Shown piece after piece: positions 24,159 to 36,759 of a stretch of 64,000 bases of DNA (position 1 is the first letter of the stretch; each line of letters begins with the position of its first letter). The notes under the pieces are model-generated. The model was not told the DNA's origin and did no database searches. It was given only the letters and a program-made list of their open reading frames with translations. The translations under genes were made by a program, and so were the position numbers. The DNA is taken from positions 1,672,490 to 1,736,489 of the forward strand of contig NC_057758.1 in the NCBI RefSeq assembly GCF_004010195.1, written 5' to 3'. The DNA comes from Chiloscyllium plagiosum (lineage: Eukaryota).

Positions 24159-26722
24159 TTCCGACCTTGAATCTCTCTAGGCAGCCCATACCACTTGTAA
24201 AAAACTAATAATTCGTTAATTACTTTTTGACCTTAATACTCCACAATGTAATTACCTTTGGAAATCTAATAGACACATCCATTATGATTAACAAATATTG
24301 TTCCCACTTTTAGTTTGTTTGGAGAGGACCTGTACAATCAATCACAACCCACCTGAAATGTTATTTGAATGTAGGTTTTATTACTGCCTGTAGCATAAAA
24401 TAAAATTTGGCATATATGGCATGTACAGCAAATTGTAAGCAGATCCTTACGCAATCCAGGCCAATAGAAATGATTTTGTACATGAGCCTGAGTATTCCTT
24501 ACATTTAGGTGACCTCCGAATGGTAATTCATGTGTTACCTGTAAAACTTTAAGTCTGTATGCTACCGTCATTACAATCTGGTGCTCTTCCGTCTCTTTCT
24601 CCTCTGTAATAACCTCCTGTGGTCTCCATTTTCGTGTTAGGATTCTATCTCGAGGATAATAAAACATCAGGAATGCATTCTGATTCTTTTTCTGAGTATA
24701 CTTCAAAATATATCAGATATATTGTCTCGACTTTCTGTTGTGAGTCCATTGGTCTTTCAGTACTAAACACTGAACCCTCTGGCTGATCACGTTTTCCCTG
24801 CACCATTACATCAAACAGTGTGTCTGCTAAATGAACCGCATTCCTTCGTCTTTCTATTTACATTTTGCTTCTCGCTGTGAATTATTACTGTGGTATCTTG
24901 TTACTGCGTAGTCTGGAAACATTCTGGGATTTTTTTCTTTAAGCACCTCAGTTCCCTGCTCTTTCTTTGGCTTCTCCAAACAAGAGCTGTCACTTCCACC
25001 TTGGATCCCGCTAAATAGTTCCCAAGAACAAATGTTCCCTGGAATTGACACCCTGTAAATCACTCCAACTATTACTTCCCTCGTCTTGAGTTTGCATTCC
25101 AACCTGACTCACCATAGGGGAACGCTAAATTTTTGTCCATCAATTCAACAAGTTACCACTCTCTCGGGTAAATTGTAAAATCTAATGCAAATGCATTCAT
25201 CCCTTACCAGTGGACACTGATCAGATCCCGTATCTCTGAAAATTATAACTTCTTTCCCTTCTCTCCCCATTCTTTCGAAGTAAACTTAACCCATAGAGGT
25301 GAAGTCTTGTTACCGATCAGGTAGTAACTCTATACCCAACCTTTCAGTTGGCTGTGCACTCTCCTGTCACTCCTTTCACTTTTCTTGGGGTTTCCATCAC
25401 TACTTTCATTAATAGCATTGGCTTAGACTCTTGTACCACATTTTTCCTCCACAGTGCCTTTCTTCAATGACCAGCGAAGTGACTTTACGTGACTCACCTT
25501 TAAAACACGTTTTGTCTGTGCCCTTCTTAAAGCATCGGCGTTGTAGTTTCCTGTCTGCCACTGTATTGCAGCGAAAACACCTGCAGTCCTTTCACCACCT
25601 TGCCACCCTCTCTTGGTCTTCTTTTTAAACCTGTGGCAAACAATTAACAGTGTGCTCCACTGCTTGTTTTATGTTGCAGGAGCTCTCCTTTTCCCAATCT
25701 CTAATACTCACAGGATGAAATGCTTGCCAGAAGCTAAGGTTTGCCTTATATGCCGAGACATGTTCATTTGCCATCTCTGCCGCTCTTCGCAATTGTTGAA
25801 ATTTTTGTGCATCCACATTAATTCTTACCATGTCAGCATGGGACATTTTAAGCACCTCCAGCAGAACAATCTATCTTAGAGCCTCCTAGGTCTTACCTAT
25901 TTTTAAGGTCGGCGCCCATCTATCAAAATTGGTATGTTTAATTATTTAGAACTCAACGTAAGTCCGACTTGTTTCCTTCCTGATGTTTCTGAACCGTTTT
26001 CTATTCGCTTCTGGTACAAATCCATAGGCACATGAAATAGACTTTTTGACATCTGCATAATCTCTTGAACTGTCATCTTACAGCACTACAAATGCATTAC
26101 TAGCTCTGCCTAGTCTGAAGGAGCATTCAATACAAGTTTTCTGACCACTTCATCTCCGTAGGGAATTCTTCAAATTAAATAAAGAAGTCTTCGACACATT
26201 TTTCATCAAAAGGTGGCAGTGTTTTAATTAATTAATGTACATCACTATCCTCTCTCTACATTTCTATTCTTTTTGCTTGACTTTCCTGACTAATTCGCAA
26301 CTTCTGTAGTTCAAATTCTCACTCCCTGCACTTGTCTGTTTGTCTGACGCAACGAGGGGCTTCAACTAACTCCCTGACAATTTCAGCTTTCCCTTTGTCC
26401 GTGGTTAGACCCAATTCTAATTGTTTTGCGACTTCTAAGATTATGGCGTTTTTCAGTCTTTCAAAACTTACTTGGCAAATTTGGGAATCATCTTCAAATC
26501 CCAGAACATCTTGAGCAATCTTAAGAGTCATTTCTCCCAGTTTTAATTTAAACAAACACTCGTAAACGAAATTAAACGAATTGTCTCAACTAATTTTTAT
26601 TTCAAGATCAAGGACACTAATCGTAAAGTGTTTAAATCTGCTGAGATCTTTCGTACTCCAAACCTGTTCACATATGCCTATATCTCAGGCTGGTTTTGTG
26701 TAAACCTTTATAAATCATGAAC

Positions 26723-26732
26723 ACGATCCCCA
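26723..26732 (-). promoter_or_regulatory. Degenerate primer-binding site (tRNA-Pro-like)
   Basis: tggggatcgt lies 3 nt after the LTR end ...cgtaaca; resembles TGGGGGCTCGT of tRNA-Pro PBS. Confidence 0.5.
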
Positions 26733-26735
26733 AAC

Positions 26736-28902
26736 TGTTACGAAACGGCGGTGAAGCCCCTGTGCTAATTAAAACAAACACCCTTAAGCTCACCTCGCCT
26801 GGTAATCTGTTAAAATATGAGTGGGAGAAAACTCCAAAATTCCACTACTGAAAGAAAATAATACTTTTCTCGTTTTTTCACTAAAAATGAACATTAAATA
26901 ACAATTATTCACAGCTCCAAGACCCACTTTCTCTTGAATGTTCATTAGGCCCATCCAACTATTAATATTACATCATAGAGTCACAGTGTCATAAAGACAT
27001 ACAGAATGAAAACAGACCCTTCCGTCCAACTCGTCAATGCCGACCAGATATACCAATGCAATCTACTCCCATCTGGCAACTCCCGACCCATATCGCTCTA
27101 AACCCTTCTGATTTGTATTACCATTCAGATGCCTTTTAAATGTTGCAATTGTACGAGCCTCCACCACATCTTCTGACAGCTCATTTCATGCAGGTGAAAC
27201 AGATGTCCTTTAGCTCTCTACTATATGTTTCCCCTCTAACCCTAAACCTGTGCCCTCTGGTTTTGCACTCCCCCACCACAGGGAAGAGACTTGTGTATTT
27301 ATCCTATCCATGCCCCTCATGATTTTATAAACTTCTACGAAGTCACCCCTCAGCCTCCGACAGTCCATTGAAAGGAGCCCAAGCCTATTCAATCTCCCCT
27401 TTTCGCTCAAATCCTTCAACCATGGCAAAATACTTGTAAATCTTTTCTGAACCCTTTCAAGTTTCACAGCATCCTTCCAATAGGAAAGAGACTAGAACTG
27501 CACACAATATTTCAAAACTGGCCGAACCAATGTCATGTACAGCTGCAACACGTCCTCCCAACTCCTGTACTCAATACATTAACCAATACAGGAAAGCATA
27601 CCAAACTGATTCTTCATTATCCTATATACCTGCCACTCCACTTTCAAGGAGCTCTGAATCTGCACTCAAAGGTCTCTTTGTTCAGCAACACTCCCTGGGA
27701 CCATACCGTTATATGCATAAGTTCTGCTAAGTTTGCTTTCCCAAAATTAAACTCCATCTGTCACTTCTCCGTCCATTGGCTCATCTGCTCAAGATCCTGT
27801 TGTAATCTGAGGTAACCTTCTTCACTGTGCACTGCACCCTCCAACGTTGGTGTTATCTGTCAACTTACTAACTATACTGGTATTCACATCCAAATCGTTT
27901 ATATAAATGATGAAAAATAGTGGACTCAGCACCAATCTTTGCGGTTCTTCACTCGTCACCGGCGTCCAGTCTGGAAAACAACCCTCCATCTCCACCCTCT
28001 GTCTTCAACCTTTGAGTCAGTTCTGTATCCAAAGACCTAGTTCTCCCTGTATTCCATGAGATCTAAAGTTGCTAGCCAGTCTCCCATCGGGAACCTTATC
28101 GAACGCCTTACTGAAGTCCATTTAGAGTACGACTAACACTCTTCCCTCATCAATAGTCGTTGTTACTTCTTCAAAACACTCAATCAAGTTTGTGAGACAT
28201 GATTTCCACGCACCCAAAGCCATGTTGACTATCCCTAATCATTCCTTCCCCCCATTCCAAATACATGTACATTCTGCCCTTCAGGATTCCCTCCAACAAC
28301 ATGCCCACCACCGAGGTGAGGCTCACTGGTCTCTAGTTCCCTGGCTTGTCCTTACCACCCTTTTTAGAAGTGGTACCACGTTAGTCAACCTCCAGCCTTC
28401 CGGCACCTCACCTGTGACTATCGATTATACAAATACCTCAGCAAGGGACCCAGCAATCATTTCCCTCAACTTAATTTCAAAACTATTCAGCAGCTGTCGA
28501 CGTCAGTATCTATCTTCATCCGGCTGAGATAATCTTCCTTGGTCATCTTTTTTATTTTTCCGGTGAGGATGTTTTACATGATCTAGAGTATTTCAAATGG
28601 AAGTTGCTCTGTCAATGGCAGTTACTCTGCCTGACTTTTATCTGTCTGCCTTTCCTATATCCCCAACATTGGAATGTCTCATTGGTTCGATGTTGGGAAA
28701 TCAATAAATTCAAACTTAATTGTGTTTTAGTATAATTTAAACTGATTGACTAAATTCTACTTGTTGTCAAAATGGCAACCACCTTAGGTATCTCTTTCAC
28801 TGCAAAATGTTACATAATTTGGATTATACTATACACTCTGAGAGTGTGAGTTAGACATATGACCGGTGCTTGAAAACAATATGCGCCTTCAACCTCAAAT
28901 CA
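26736..28902 (-). repeat. 5' LTR of the Gmr1-type element, split by a CR1 insertion (LTR parts 26736-26970 and 28468-28902)
   Basis: Ends ...CGTAACA at 26736; aacttaatttcaaaa...tatccccaacattggaatgtctcattggttc matches 20311-20545. Confidence 0.72.
26973..28467 (-). mobile_element. CR1 LINE 3' part inserted in the LTR
   Basis: KLERVQKRFTSILPWL..RLRGDFVEVYKIMRG; tail tcatagagtca. Confidence 0.92.
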
Positions 28903-29207
28903 CTGCATTGGTATCCCCAATGCCCCATCTAGACATTCGAACTTGCTCGTCTCAGATGCGCCGACAATCTGTTAAAACCTTTATATCGACATCACCGATT
29001 ACTACGAGGTAACTATTTGCAGATGTTCCAGAAGTGGTAATCCTGACGCATTTTGATGCATCGAAAACATTGACATTTTCAATTGAGACTAAATTATGCC
29101 CCAGCGTTGAAGCATCGGTGCCTAATATCTTGTTGACTCTCGCAAATATTTAGTCAGGAACTTTTGAACGTTGAAAAATGTCCTTGCTCTGAGATATGAA
29201 GAAATAT

Positions 29208-29458
29208 TAGGTGAAAGTGAGGACTGGAAATGCTGGAGATTACAATCTGTTTTCTCCAGCATTTAGATATTAGATCGACTGATAATATTTCTTCATAGAC
29301 AAAATTAGAGTGGTGCCAGAAAAGGACAGCAGGTCAGGCAGCATTCAAGGAGAAGGAAAATTGACGTTTCTGGCAGGAACCTTCATCAGAAATCATTCTC
29401 CTGCTCCTCAGATGCTGCCTGACATGCTGTGCATTTCCAGCACCACTCTAATTTTGTC
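29208..29458. mobile_element. Hairpin PLE derivative (family A-related) with rearranged left arm
   Basis: Inverted pseudo-LTR pieces; 15-bp TSD tatgaagaaatatta at 29195-29209 and 29459-29473. Confidence 0.85.
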
Positions 29459-30084
29459 TATGAAGAAATATTATCAGTCGATCTGTTTTCTCTCCTGACA
29501 CCCTCCTCCATCCAAGCCCTAATCCCTCCACTGGCACAGTAAACTATCTTATTCAGTGCACAAATAAGACGAATTCCAGATCATTTAAGGGACTAAGTCT
29601 GCATTATCAACAATATTTAGACCTAATATGATTTTTCTCCCCCTACCTCTGGAAGTTACCAATCTAGAAAATAAAATTAGAATGGAAGAAAGCAATGGAA
29701 ATCTTACTGAAACACCTTGTTCAAGTTAACCTGCATCAACACAACGCACGGTAATTAACAATTCAAGCAATGCTATTTACTATATTTGTCATTATGAGAC
29801 CACAAACATTTGAGACTGAAGTTAGTATGTTTATTAAAGTTTCAGTTCTGGATTACATTGTAATAGTATATGTAAGAACACAGAGGATCTCATACTGAAA
29901 TTAAATGATAACTATGCAGTTTTATTGAAGTAACCTAAATATCTAAAATTTCCACGTTATTGAAGGACTTGACATTGCAAACATATATCTGACTGTAATT
30001 AAATATGGAACACTGTCTAATTTTATTAAGCAAGAACGGCATTCAGTCAAGTTGTACTCAGGGAATAGACTTTGAGCTTAACAC

Positions 30085-30875
30085 TTTCCTACATAGAAGC
30101 AAAGATGGAATATGGAAGGTTTGAGCAAAAAAGAAAGGCTGAACTGTTTGGTAGTTTTTTTTATCACTGTAGTTTAAGAGGTTCAGAATTGACCATATAG
30201 ATGTTCATAAAATCGCAAGGGATATAGATCGGTTTTCTTGTAGTTTTCCTTTCCCTGGAATGTGGGATTTCAAAATCAGGGTGAAAATTTTTAAGGTGAA
30301 ATTAGATTAGATTAGATTACAGCGTGGAAACAGGCCCTTCGGCCCAACAAGTCCACACCGACCCGCCGAAGCACAAACCACCCATGCCCCTACATTTACT
30401 CCTTACCTAACATTACGGGCAATTTAGCATGGCCAATTCACCTGACCTGCACATCTTTGGACTGTGAGAGGAAACCGGAGCACCCAGAGGAAACCCACGC
30501 AGACACGGGGAGAACGTGCAAACTCCACACAGTCAGTCGCCTGAGGCGGGAATTGAACCCGGATCTCAGGCGCATGTGAGGCAGCAGTGCTAACCACTGT
30601 GCCACCGTGCGACCCACATGAGGTGTGCCAGATTTATAAAAAGACACGAAGTACAAACATTTTATACACAAGATGGTTCCCATGTGGATCGAACATCCTG
30701 AGACGGTTATAAACGTGGGAAGAACAACAATGTTTAAACGACTGTAAGATAAGTTCGTTGATAGGAACATTGTTTGCAAGGTATGCGACCAGATTAGTTT
30801 GGGATTATATTAGGCATGATCTGCTTGGTCCGAAGGATCTGTTTCCGCATTATACGACTCTATGACTCTATGTCT
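30085..30875 (+). mobile_element. Old CR1 3' fragment split by an HE1 SINE
   Basis: aggctgaactgtttgg...; tail gactctatgactctatg. Confidence 0.75.
30301..30615 (-). mobile_element. HE1-type V-SINE, young
   Basis: (ATTAG)n tail, intact V-domain, head gcagcagtgctaaccactgtgccaccgtgc. Confidence 0.95.
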
Positions 30876-31389
30876 AAAGCTGTCCTGACATGCTGCCTGG
30901 TAAGAAATTAGCAGCCACCTTCAGTTGCTTCAAAACAATCTTTGTACCTTCTCTGTCCATTTCATAGCCAAAAGCAGCCTGGAAAAAGATATTGAGCTAT
31001 TCTTTTCTGGGGTCCAATTCAGACAGCAAAAACTCACAGACCAAAATTCGGAAAGTTAGAACGTCAAAACTCAATTATTGCTTTTCGAATGACAACCAAG
31101 ATACTGGCAACATAATTCGAATCCCATAATGCATACGCTCTGTTTTAATATTAACGTATTATTTTTTGAATTAAGTTAATTTAGTTTTTTTCTCCAAATG
31201 GTGAGGTGTTTGAGTAACTACATCATGATCTTGATGACTAATAACCTAATATTTAAAACACAACTACAAGAAATGTTTGCAGTATTAATTTCGAGATGGT
31301 CTCCAAAACATTATTACTACTGGGGATTGTGTCTGAAATTTTATTCATGTTTTGGTACATGTGTGCAGTATCTGAGATTTGTGACAGCT

Positions 31390-31850
31390 GCTGAGCATTG
31401 TTGAATGATTAGTGAACATCCTGAAATCTTACATAATGGTGAAGGGAAGGTTTTCATGAGGCAGCTGTTGGTATTTTGACATAACAAACTGTACCAGGGC
31501 CACGTCTCATAATGTTGGAGGGTTGAGGATAATAGTCCCTAATAGCCACATCTCTCTCCCTTGAACTAGATACGACTTCAAGGAGCGGTATCCTTTGGCC
31601 TTGATTCTGTTTGACTTTCACTGAATGTTGACATTTATTTGGTATATTCAGTAAAATGCTATTTTGATGCTGAGATACCTGCTCTCACTGCCCAACTGAG
31701 GTTAATTCTTTTGTACAGCAAAATATTGTGATTATTTCAGGAGCCATCTGGCGTTAGCATAAGTGAAGATGAGTATTTGTAACTTTTATTTTGAATGGCC
31801 ATAAAAGTACACTGTCGATAACATCTTCTATATTTATATAAACGAACAGA
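31390..31850 (-). mobile_element. Old LINE RT fragment (CR1/L2-group)
   Basis: Degenerate reverse RT-like segment (gtgaacatcc..gaagggaaggttttcatgaggcagctg). Confidence 0.45.
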
Positions 31851-31933
31851 GAGGATTGTTAGGAGTAGAAGACGTTGCGTGTCTTGTTCTCCTTCATTTG
31901 ACTATGACACACCTGGTTAAGGAGGTTTAGGGA

Positions 31934-32290
31934 GGTGACACCGTTGCTCAATGATTAGCTCTGCAACCTCACAGCGCCCTAGACATGAGTCCGATTCCAG
32001 CCACCGGCGACCCTCTGTCGAGAGATTGCACATTCTCCCCGTGTCTGCGTGGGTTTTCTCCCGGTGGTCCAGTTTGATCCATACAGTCCAAACATTTCCA
32101 GATAAGTTGAATTATCCATGAATTATCCTTGGTGTTCAGGGATGTGTAGTTTAGGAGCAGTAGTCAGGGGATGAATGTAGGATAACAAGGGAGGGAAATG
32201 AATCTGAAAGGATTACACTTCGGAGAGATCAGTGTGAACTTGTTGGATGGAAGAGCATGTTCCCACACTGTCGGGATTCTAACATTCTAA
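31934..32290 (+). mobile_element. HE1-type V-SINE, degenerate
   Basis: ttgcacattctccccgtgtctgcgtgggttttctcc V-domain; tail gggattctaacattctaa. Confidence 0.85.
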
Positions 32291-32779
32291 GCTAGATAGC
32301 AGGGTTTGGTTGGGCAAAACCTGTTTGGTTATATAGATGCTTGTTTATGTTTGGTAAGCTTTCTCTACTTTCCCTGGGATTTGTCAGGGGGCAGAGCCAT
32401 AGAGTGACAAGTGTTTCAGTGGCACCTTAATATTTCGTGGAGTTAATTCAAGTCAGACAAAAGGAGCTAGTATAGCCATTCGCATCAGATAACTCTTATT
32501 CCCAGTATCAATTGAATAAACCTCTATTGAATCCGATGGGATTCATTTTGAATCTTCCACGGGAGTATGCTTTTTGGTCTAACGTTATGTAAAATGATAG
32601 CTTGCCATTCCTAACTCAGGTGCATGTTTTAGTGTGATACTTTGCGTCACTTTGATACAGAATCCGGAAATTAACGAAGAAAACTGGATATTGGCAGGGG
32701 AACCACGGAAGTTGATGAGAAATATTTTTTTCCCATATAATAACGTTAAAGACAATAAAATAGAAACATAGATTACAGA

Positions 32780-33950
32780 CATACTAAACAGGAATAGAAA
32801 TGGGTTATTCAGTTCTTCGAGCCTGCTGCACCATGCAGCAATTACAAAGCTGGTCTGATTGAAACCTAAAATCTGCGTTGCTGCCTCACCCTCAAAGAAA
32901 AACCACCTCAAGCTTAAAAAGAATCTGCATATCGGTGCTTTACCCAGGAAAAGTGTCCCAAAATTTAGCATTCCTCTGAGAAGCATGAAATAAAAATTTC
33001 CTCATCTCCATTGTTAATTGGCAATACTTACGTTAAACTGTGACCTCTTACCCTAGATTCTCCCTTTACGGGAGCATCTTCCCCAATTCCGTTCTGAAAA
33101 CACATCTCAGGAAGCATTATCATTTTAGTTAAGTTAACGCTTGATCATTCAATCTTCAGCAGATACAGACGGGCAGTTCTGACGGATCAGAAATGCTAAT
33201 TCTGCTTTCTCTGCGCAGATGCCGCCCAACCTGATGAACTTTTTCAGTAACTTCTGTTTTTTTTTGTTTCTGAGATATAAACTGAAACTGTCCAATGTAG
33301 CATCGTAAAAGGACACTCATGCCGTTCTATGCTATTAATCAAGTGTAGACTCTATGAAGGTCCTGAGTCTCACTTAAATCCATCCGTAACTCACAGAACC
33401 AGGTGACCACGTTATTACAGAGGCGGTATTAATTGAATAATTGAGACGTAACTTGATTCATTCTGAATTAAGTTCCAGATGATAAATGATAAGATTCTGT
33501 TAACTTACCAAATTAATTTTCTTTTCTGCATGAATAAGGTTTGCTTAATTGTGTATGCAGACATGCAGATCTCTCTCTGGATCTCAACATTCTTCAATAC
33601 CTGACCATTTAGGATATATGCTTTATTTTCCTTCTTCTGAAGAAAATAGTCAATTTCATGTTTCCCCACTATGCTCCATTAGACACATGGTTATCCACTC
33701 TTTTAACAAATCGGCATAGTATGATAGCCTCTTCTCAACATATCCACATACTGATATTTGTGTCGCCAAAAATTTTCCTTCCCTTTCTTCCACATTTAAT
33801 CAAAATTATTGATGCGAATGGAAAGTAATTCATATCGCATGATGGTTCACTTTTGCACACTACTCGTTTTATCTTGCCAATCTAAGAGTTGGCTTGTCAG
33901 TCAGCCACATGATAATCGATAGTTTCAGTATTAACTGTAAACTCTAATAT
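32780..33950 (-). mobile_element. Old CR1 3' fragment containing a PLE family-C piece at about 33177-33270
   Basis: Reverse CR1 tail (ttcgagcctgctgcacca) followed by degenerate RT-like sequence. Confidence 0.5.
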
Positions 33951-33989
33951 GGCAACGTTTCAGTTCGTTAATGTACAATGGGATGCATT

Positions 33990-34119
33990 TTCCTGATGAA
34001 GGGCTTATGACCGAATCGTCCATTCTCCTGCTCCTCGGATGTTGCCTGACCTGCTGTCATTTTCTAGCGCCACACATTTCGACTCTGATCTCCAGAATCA
34101 GCAGTCATCACTTTCTCCT
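33990..34119 (+). mobile_element. PLE pseudo-LTR (family A) with mutated hammerhead
   Basis: cctgatgaagggcttatgaccgaatcgtccattctcctgctcc...cactttctcct. Confidence 0.85.
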
Positions 34120-35269
34120 GCAACTTGGCAACTAAATGTTAGCCTGTCGTTTGAACAGGTTGTGGCCCATCTACCTTTATTTTTAGTTTCCTGCCCACGT
34201 GAAAACCTTTCCTTTGTTTTCTTCAAAATGTTGTTTAACCTAACTTTTTTTAACACAAAAAAAGACGCCACAATGTTCTCAACTAATGATTATCCACAGT
34301 TAACTGCTTTTGAACAAAATAATTCCTCCTTGCTTCTGCTTTAAAGAGATGCAATGGTAATTTGAATCTGTAGCTATCAGTTTTACATTCCCCGACGAGT
34401 GAAAACGTTCTACATAACCTATTCTGGATGACACATTCTGAAGTTTTTCATTTCAATTTTGTCAACTTTCATTTCTTTAAATTCAGATAATTATTTGAAA
34501 GAAAGTTCATTCTTCCATTGTAAGCCAACTTCATCAGCTTCAGAATCGCCCTGTTAAACATTCCCTGAAATTCTTCTAAGTATATTCCTACTGAAATAAA
34601 ATCAAAAACTACAATGAATGGACTATTGGAATGTGCTTACAACTGGTGGGAGACAAGACTCTCCGCTCTTCATCTCACATTTTAAACTCTGATTTTTGAT
34701 AATTCGATCCCTGGAAATTTGTTTTCACGTCTACCTTTCTGCCTTAATTAAACTCACTGTGCAACTAGGTGATTGTTCAATTTGCATAATGTTTTTGTAC
34801 GTTAGTTTCTTTAGCCGCAGTTATTCATTAACTATTAATCTTTTCCAATTTGATGTTATTTCCCTTTCCTTTCTTCATTGTACATGTTGCTTCTCAGTTC
34901 TGAAAACTCTGAACATGACTTTTCACATCGTTGAGCATGAATTTATATTGAATTGCCCTTTCATATGATATATTTGTATTCCCAATTTGATTTCTTCAAC
35001 ACAAACGTTTTTATTTAAATCCAGCCTGCACTCTTTCTCTGTCAGTTGTTTAGCTTAATTTCCTATTCATGACGCGTTATCTAATGACATTAAATATAAC
35101 CAACATTAAGTGTGGCCCTATATCTGGTATTGGCGACATTTGCTCAGCTATGTTTCACATTCGCATTTATTTCTAGAATCTGTCCACAAGAATTTATGAC
35201 ATGAAGGTTCACTCGACTCAACATTGGGATGGCGGTTTTTCGATGGGAGGTTTGGACCAGTGTAACGTA

Positions 35270-36020
35270 TTGAGTCATAGAGTTGCACAGAATGGAAACA
35301 GACCTTTTGGTTCAACTCATCACGCTAACGAGATGGGATGAAGCGTGGCGCTGTAAAAGACACAACAGTTCAGACTGCATTGGGGGAGCAAGAAAGTTGA
35401 TGTTTTGTGTAAGACCCTTCTTCTGTATACCAAAATTCATCTTATCTAATTTGCCAGTGTTTGCTCATATCGCTCTAAAGCATTCAAATTCATGGCTTTC
35501 CAATTATGGGTAATTGTACCAGAACTACCTCTGGTAACAGGAGGAGTCCCACATTGACAGGTCGGTGAAGAGGGTGTCAGTGCATTCAGTAAAGGCGTTG
35601 TAAAGTCATGTTCTGGCTACTTAGGACATTAGTAAGTCTACTTCTGAAATACTGGTACAGTCCTGGTCATCCCTGATTTTGGGGAAAAAATTTTAAACTT
35701 GGAAGAGTTTAATAAAAATATAGAAGTACGTAGCAGGGGTTGGAGGTTTGGAGTTAGAGGGAGAGGGTGAGCAGACTTGATCTATTGTTGCTGGAGCATC
35801 AGAGACTGAAAGGTAACTTAATAGAAGATTCTAAAATCACGAAAGAGATGGTGAATCGGCAAAGTCTTTTTTCTATTCCCAGGTAAGTGAAGTCCAAAAT
35901 TAGATGGCAAAGTTTAAAGTGAGATGGGAAAGATTTTAAAGGGACATGAGGTTTAACGTTTTCATACAGGCAGTGTTGCATGAAACGAAAGGGCTGCCAG
36001 ATGAAGTCTTGGAGGTTGGT
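35270..36020. mobile_element. CR1 fragments: minus tail 35270-35520 containing a PLE piece, plus-strand 3' ORF2 fragment 35540-36020
   Basis: gagtcatagag..tggaaacagacc tail; agagactgaaaggtaacttaatagaagattctaaaatc. Confidence 0.6.
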
Positions 36021-36759
36021 TGGCAGCACTCAAGGTATTGGTAGAATTGGCTTGGAATGATGCTGTGAGCCTGTGAACCCGATTTTTAAAATTTGGTTTG
36101 ATGCATGAACGGGGATTGTGAGCAACAGATGACTTCTGGACTGTGCTAGCAGGTCGTCTTAGAAGGAGAACAGCCGAAACTAAGATTTGTCCATCCGTGA
36201 GGCCAGGCCTAGAAGTGAATTTTAATTTTATTCCTGATCAAACGGTTCTGCAGATGTTTCGTCGTGTGGGAAGAGGATCATGTTCAAGCAGATTGCAGAC
36301 GTTGACTATTAACGATATCAGCTCCTAAGCATTTGTCTCAGCAAGTCGTGAAATGGTTTTCTGGTCAAGCAGATTGCAAATGTTAAATGGTAACAGGGAC
36401 CTCGTGGAGGACGCAGTCTGTCTGTCACTGAGTAATCAGAGTATAATTTTGGGGTTGGACTGTCTTTTTTTCTGTTAGAAGAAAACTGGAGTGTGATGCT
36501 CTTAAGATCAGCAAACACTCGTCTAACCACATTAGCAGTTCTTCTGAAGCTCAGAAAATGGAAAACAAAGTCAGACCTTTATCTCAGTGAACTGCAAAGT
36601 TAATACTGAATCATACCATTGAATAAAACAATGGCGAAATCTGCACCTAAGCACTTTAGTAATCTGAACTGTGTTGTCATTTAATTTTAATTATCACTTA
36701 ACTGTGTTGCGTGTTGTCCTTTTTGTGCGATTGAAGCAAACATTTTTTTTCTTACAGAA

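Larger units (their letters stand above)
20090..28902 (-). mobile_element. Near full-length decayed Gmr1-type Ty3/Gypsy LTR retrotransposon (gag/SCAN-like - PR - INT - RT - RH)
   Basis: Gag 26555-25700; protease FRDTGS 25226-25234; INT HHCC (THELPFGGHL..HFYWPGLRKD..CCTCHIC) about 24410-24530; INT C-terminus (CRVNMLKLY) about 22255-22320; RT (EWSSPVILAPKPGG, GLYQFKLMPFGMKNA) 21610-22030 with the YxDD segment deleted; RH ending KNVTADALSRI-stop at 20974. Confidence 0.88.

Noticed and set aside
29020..29090. Peptide ILTHFDASKTLTFSIET resembling a Gypsy RT-RH connection
   Set aside because: Too short, with no supporting flanking motifs
30880..30910. cctg|gtaag splice-donor-like site resembling a GPCR exon 1 end
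   Set aside because: No matching exon 1 peptide upstream and no exon 2 found downstream
36020..36740. LTR-like stretch (also 61060-61540)
   Set aside because: No TG..CA termini, TSD or second copy identifiable in the window
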